The position numbers were made by a program, and so were the translations under genes. The notes beneath the pieces were generated by a model that ran no database searches, was not told the origin of the DNA, and saw only the letters and a list, made by a program, of their open reading frames with translations. Shown piece by piece: positions 61,029 through 64,000 of a stretch of DNA of 64,000 nucleotides (position 1 is the stretch's first letter; each line of letters opens with the position of its first letter). The DNA is taken from positions 7,320-71,319 of the forward strand of contig JANMWI010000015.1 of assembly GCA_031393955.1 (NCBI GenBank), given 5' to 3'. The DNA is from Acidobacteriota bacterium. Lineage in GTDB: Bacteria; Acidobacteriota; Vicinamibacteria; Vicinamibacterales; 2-12-FULL-66-21.

Positions 61029-62546
61029 ATGACCTCGGAACGCCCCTCGACACTCGGCCAGCTGCGCGCCGCCGTCGCCGCTGGGCGCGTCGCGCGCCGC
61101 CCGGTTCGCGACGAGCTCCGCGCCAACCTGATCACCCGGCTGACCGCCCGCGAACCGATCTTCCCGGGCATCATCGGCTACGACGACACCGTCGTGCCGC
61201 AGATCGTCAACGCGATTTTATCGCGCCACAACTTCATCCTGCTCGGCCTGCGCGGTCAGGCGAAGAGCCGGATCCTGCGCGGCCTCGCCGACCTGCTCGA
61301 CGACGCCATCGCGGTCGTCCCCGGCTGCGAGATTCACGACGATCCGCTCGCGCCGCTCTGCGCCGCCTGCCGCGGCCGCATCCGCAGCGAAGGCGACGCG
61401 CTGCCGGTCGCGTGGCTGGGCCGCGACGCGCGCTACGTCGAGAAGCTGGCGACGCCGGACGTGACGATTGCCGACATGATCGGCGACCTCGATCCGATCA
61501 AGGCGGCGCGCGCCGGCCTCCAGCTCTCCGATGAACTGACGATGCACTACGGGCTGCTGCCGCGCGCCAACCGCGGCATCTTCGCGATCAACGAGCTGCC
61601 GGACCTCGCCGGCAAGATCCAGGTCGGGCTGTTCAACATCCTTCAGGAAGGGGACGTCCAGATCAAGGGCTACCCGGTCCGCCTGCCGCTCGATCTGCTG
61701 CTGGTGTTCAGCGCCAACCCGGAGGACTACACCGCGCGCGGCAAGATCATCACGCCGCTCAAGGATCGGATCGGCTCGGAGATCCGCACCCACTACCCCG
61801 AGAGCCGGCAGCACGCGATGGCGATCACCGCGCAGGAAGCGTGGACGGCGCGGAGCGGCGCCGGTGGCGAGACGCGGCTGCCGGAGTTCGTCCGCGAGGT
61901 CGTCGAGGAGGTCGCCTTCCAGGCGCGCCAGGACACCAAGGTCGACAAGCGCTCGGGCGTCAGCCAGCGGCTGCCGATTTCGTTGCTCGAAAACGTCGTC
62001 TCCAACGCCGAGCGCCGCGCCCTGCTCGCCGGCGAGGATGTCGTCGTCCCGCGCGTCACCGACGTCTACGCCGCGCTGCCGGCGATCACCGGCAAGTTCG
62101 AGCTCGAGTACGAGGGCGAGCTGCGCGGCGCCGGCAACGTCGCGCGCGACATCATCCGCAACGCGGTCGGCAACGTCTTCACCGGCTATTTCGGCGATGC
62201 CGACCTCAAGCAGGTCATCGACTGGTTCGAGATGGGCGGCTCGCTGCAGATCGATGACACCCTCGACGCCGGCGAGCTGCTCGCCCGGACCGCCCAGGTC
62301 CAGGGGCTGCGCGATCTGACGGCGCATGCCGGCGTCGGCGCGTCGCCGCCGGCGCCGCTGCTCGCCGCGGCGGTCGATTTCATTCTCGAAGGGCTCTACG
62401 CCCAGAAGAAAATCAGCCGTTCGGACGAGTTCCAGTACCAGGCGGTCGAGCAGCCGCGCCGGCCGCAGCGGCCCGGCATCCCGACCGAGCCGGTCGGCGA
62501 GCGGGAGATGCCGCTGCCGGGGAACAAGAAGAAGTACTACAACTGA
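61029..62546 (+). CDS. AAA+ ATPase of the MoxR / Mg-chelatase-I-like clade (505 aa)
   Basis: Has a Walker A-like [10 protein letters not shown] and a Walker B region [11 protein letters not shown], followed by [17 protein letters not shown] and [12 protein letters not shown]. It pairs with a downstream VWA gene. Confidence 0.7.
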   Translation: MTSERPSTLGQLRAAVAAGRVARRPVRDELRANLITRLTAREPIFPGIIGYDDTVVPQIVNAILSRHNFILLGLRGQAKSRILRGLADLLDDAIAVVPGCEIHDDPLAPLCAACRGRIRSEGDALPVAWLGRDARYVEKLATPDVTIADMIGDLDPIKAARAGLQLSDELTMHYGLLPRANRGIFAINELPDLAGKIQVGLFNILQEGDVQIKGYPVRLPLDLLLVFSANPEDYTARGKIITPLKDRIGSEIRTHYPESRQHAMAITAQEAWTARSGAGGETRLPEFVREVVEEVAFQARQDTKVDKRSGVSQRLPISLLENVVSNAERRALLAGEDVVVPRVTDVYAALPAITGKFELEYEGELRGAGNVARDIIRNAVGNVFTGYFGDADLKQVIDWFEMGGSLQIDDTLDAGELLARTAQVQGLRDLTAHAGVGASPPAPLLAAAVDFILEGLYAQKKISRSDEFQYQAVEQPRRPQRPGIPTEPVGEREMPLPGNKKKYYN

Positions 62547-62550
62547 GGTC

Positions 62551-63831
62551 ATGAAGTTCCGCTACTCGAAGTTCACTGGCGAGGAGCTCGACGAGCTCGA
62601 TCTCGAAGAGCTGCTGTCGCAGCTGTCGGATCTGCTGCTGTCGAGCGGCTTCGACGACCCCTACGAGCTGCCGGGCGAGAGCGACGGCCACTCGATGCAG
62701 GCGCTCCACGACGCGATTCTCGAAGCGCTGCTCAACGGCGGGCTGCTGTCGGCCGAGACGCTCGAGCGGATGTTCGGCCGGGACTGGCAGGATCGCGACG
62801 ATGCCGAGGCGCGGCTCGACGAGCTGATCAAGAAGATCATCGACAAGCTGCAGTCGCAGGGCTATGTCACGCCGTCGCCCGATCCCGACGGCAACCGCCA
62901 GCCCGGCGCCGGCGCCGGCGGCCCGGGCCAGCCGGAGGCGGCGTTCAAGTTCGAGATCACCGACAAGAGCCTCGACTTCCTCGGCTACCGCGCGCTGCGC
63001 GACCTGCTCGGCTCGATCGGCAAGAGCAGCCTCGGCCGCCACGACACCCGCGAGATGGCGACCGGCGTCGAGGCGAGCGGCGCCCCGAAGCCGTACGAAT
63101 TCGGCGACACGATGAACCTCGACCCGAGCGCCACCATCCTCAACGCGGTGATGCGGACGACGTCGCAGCCGTCGGCGGCGGCGGCCGGCGGCTCCGGCAT
63201 CGACATCACCTACGAGGATTTGATGGTCGCGCAGGGGGAGTACCAGAGCTCCTGCGCGACGGTGCTGATGCTCGACTGCAGCCACAGCATGATTCTCTAC
63301 GGCGAGGATCGCTTCACCCCGGCGAAGCGCGTCGCGCTGGCGCTCGCCAACCTGATCCGCCTCCAGTACCCGGGCGATGCGCTCAAGGTCGTGCTGTTCC
63401 ACGACTCGGCCGAGGAGATCCCGCTGACCCAGCTGGCGCGGGTCAAGGTCGGGCCGTACTACACCAACACTCGCGAGGGGCTCCGCCTGGCGCGGCGCCT
63501 GCTCGAGCGGCAGCAGAAGGACATGCGCCAGATCGTGATGATCACCGACGGCAAGCCGTCGGCGCTGACCCGTCCCGACGGCCGCATCTACCGCAACGCC
63601 TTCGGCCTCGATCCGTTCATCGTCTCGGAGACGATCGCCGAGGTCGCCGCCTGCCGGAAGGCTGGCATCCTGATCAATACCTTCATGCTGGCCCGCGACC
63701 ACGACCTGGTCAGCTTCGTCCGCAAGGTCGCCGAGATCTGCCACGGCAAGGCCTACTTCACGACGCCGCGGACGCTCGGCCGCTACGTGCTGATGGACTA
63801 CATGGACAAGAAGACGCGGACGATTCACTGA
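62551..63831 (+). CDS. VWA-domain protein (426 aa) with acidic helical N-terminal region
   Basis: The MIDAS motif is LMLDCSHSM (DxSxS), followed later by [10 protein letters not shown]. It starts 5 nt after the AAA+ stop. Confidence 0.75.
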   Translation: MKFRYSKFTGEELDELDLEELLSQLSDLLLSSGFDDPYELPGESDGHSMQALHDAILEALLNGGLLSAETLERMFGRDWQDRDDAEARLDELIKKIIDKLQSQGYVTPSPDPDGNRQPGAGAGGPGQPEAAFKFEITDKSLDFLGYRALRDLLGSIGKSSLGRHDTREMATGVEASGAPKPYEFGDTMNLDPSATILNAVMRTTSQPSAAAAGGSGIDITYEDLMVAQGEYQSSCATVLMLDCSHSMILYGEDRFTPAKRVALALANLIRLQYPGDALKVVLFHDSAEEIPLTQLARVKVGPYYTNTREGLRLARRLLERQQKDMRQIVMITDGKPSALTRPDGRIYRNAFGLDPFIVSETIAEVAACRKAGILINTFMLARDHDLVSFVRKVAEICHGKAYFTTPRTLGRYVLMDYMDKKTRTIH

Positions 63832-63861
63832 CCGGCGGCGGCCCTCCGGCCGGCCGTGCGG

Positions 63862-64000
63862 ATGACGCCTATGCTGCCACCGACGATCCCTGTCTTCCCG
63901 CTGCCGAATGTCGTCCTCTTTCCCACGGTCTCGCTGCCGCTGCACATCTTCGAGCCGAGATACCGCGAGATGGTCGCCGACGCGCTCGACGGCGACCGGA
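63862..64000 (+). CDS. LON N-terminal (substrate-binding) domain protein, 3'-truncated by the window edge
   Basis: [30 protein letters not shown] is the canonical start of the LON/PUA-like N domain. Confidence 0.75.
   Translation, partial: MTPMLPPTIPVFPLPNVVLFPTVSLPLHIFEPRYREMVADALDGDR

Overview
A high-GC, tightly packed chromosomal segment from a diderm bacterium. TolC, an Omp85-type barrel, LemA and a sigma-54 system are all present. A lineage such as Acidobacteriota or Gemmatimonadota is only an inference from composition and gene content.

I can support about 66 protein-coding genes. Many use GTG or TTG starts, and many overlap the neighbouring gene by 4 nt (ATGA or GTGA). I found no rRNA, tRNA, CRISPR array, transposase, integrase or phage gene.

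Recognisable content:
- DNA repair and translation: a LigD-type 3'-phosphoesterase (cut by the window edge), Uup.
- Envelope and stress: a YvcK/CofD-like protein, a TPM-LemA pair, a BON protein.
- Efflux: a TetR-controlled HlyD/ABC-2/TolC operon.
- Other enzymes and small proteins: aminopeptidase P, an RRM RNA-binding protein.
- Copper and thiol genes: CusF-SCO fusion, TlpA, cupredoxins.
- Sigma control: an ECF sigma/anti-sigma pair plus an orphan ZAS anti-sigma.
- Redox: an isolated ferredoxin-nuoB-nuoI trio.
- Core metabolism: lipA and the aceE-aceF-lpd pyruvate dehydrogenase operon.
- Hydrolases: an M49-like peptidase, a GH39-like glycosidase.
- Unknown machinery: an AAA+/VWA pair.

Most interesting candidates for undescribed biology, in my ranking:
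1. A roughly 6 kb lower-GC cassette (10.2-16.1 kb) encoding a Crp/Fnr regulator, an unknown protein, a KaiC-like double ATPase without KaiA/KaiB, and a PAS hybrid kinase.
2. A 1044-aa fusion of a gluzincin peptidase, PD40 propeller repeats and an Omp85 barrel, next to ECF/ZAS regulators.
3. A minimal bacterial SET-domain methyltransferase translationally coupled to a secreted glycosidase, in an operon with an aberrant response regulator.
4. A sigma-54 two-component cluster with a clear enhancer plus -24/-12 promoter. It drives a DUF5777-like barrel and two paralogous His/Cys-rich cupredoxin-like lipoproteins.
5. A LigD phosphoesterase with a histone-H1-like tail, coupled to a SLOG-like protein.

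All functional calls come from reading motifs by eye. No database search was run.
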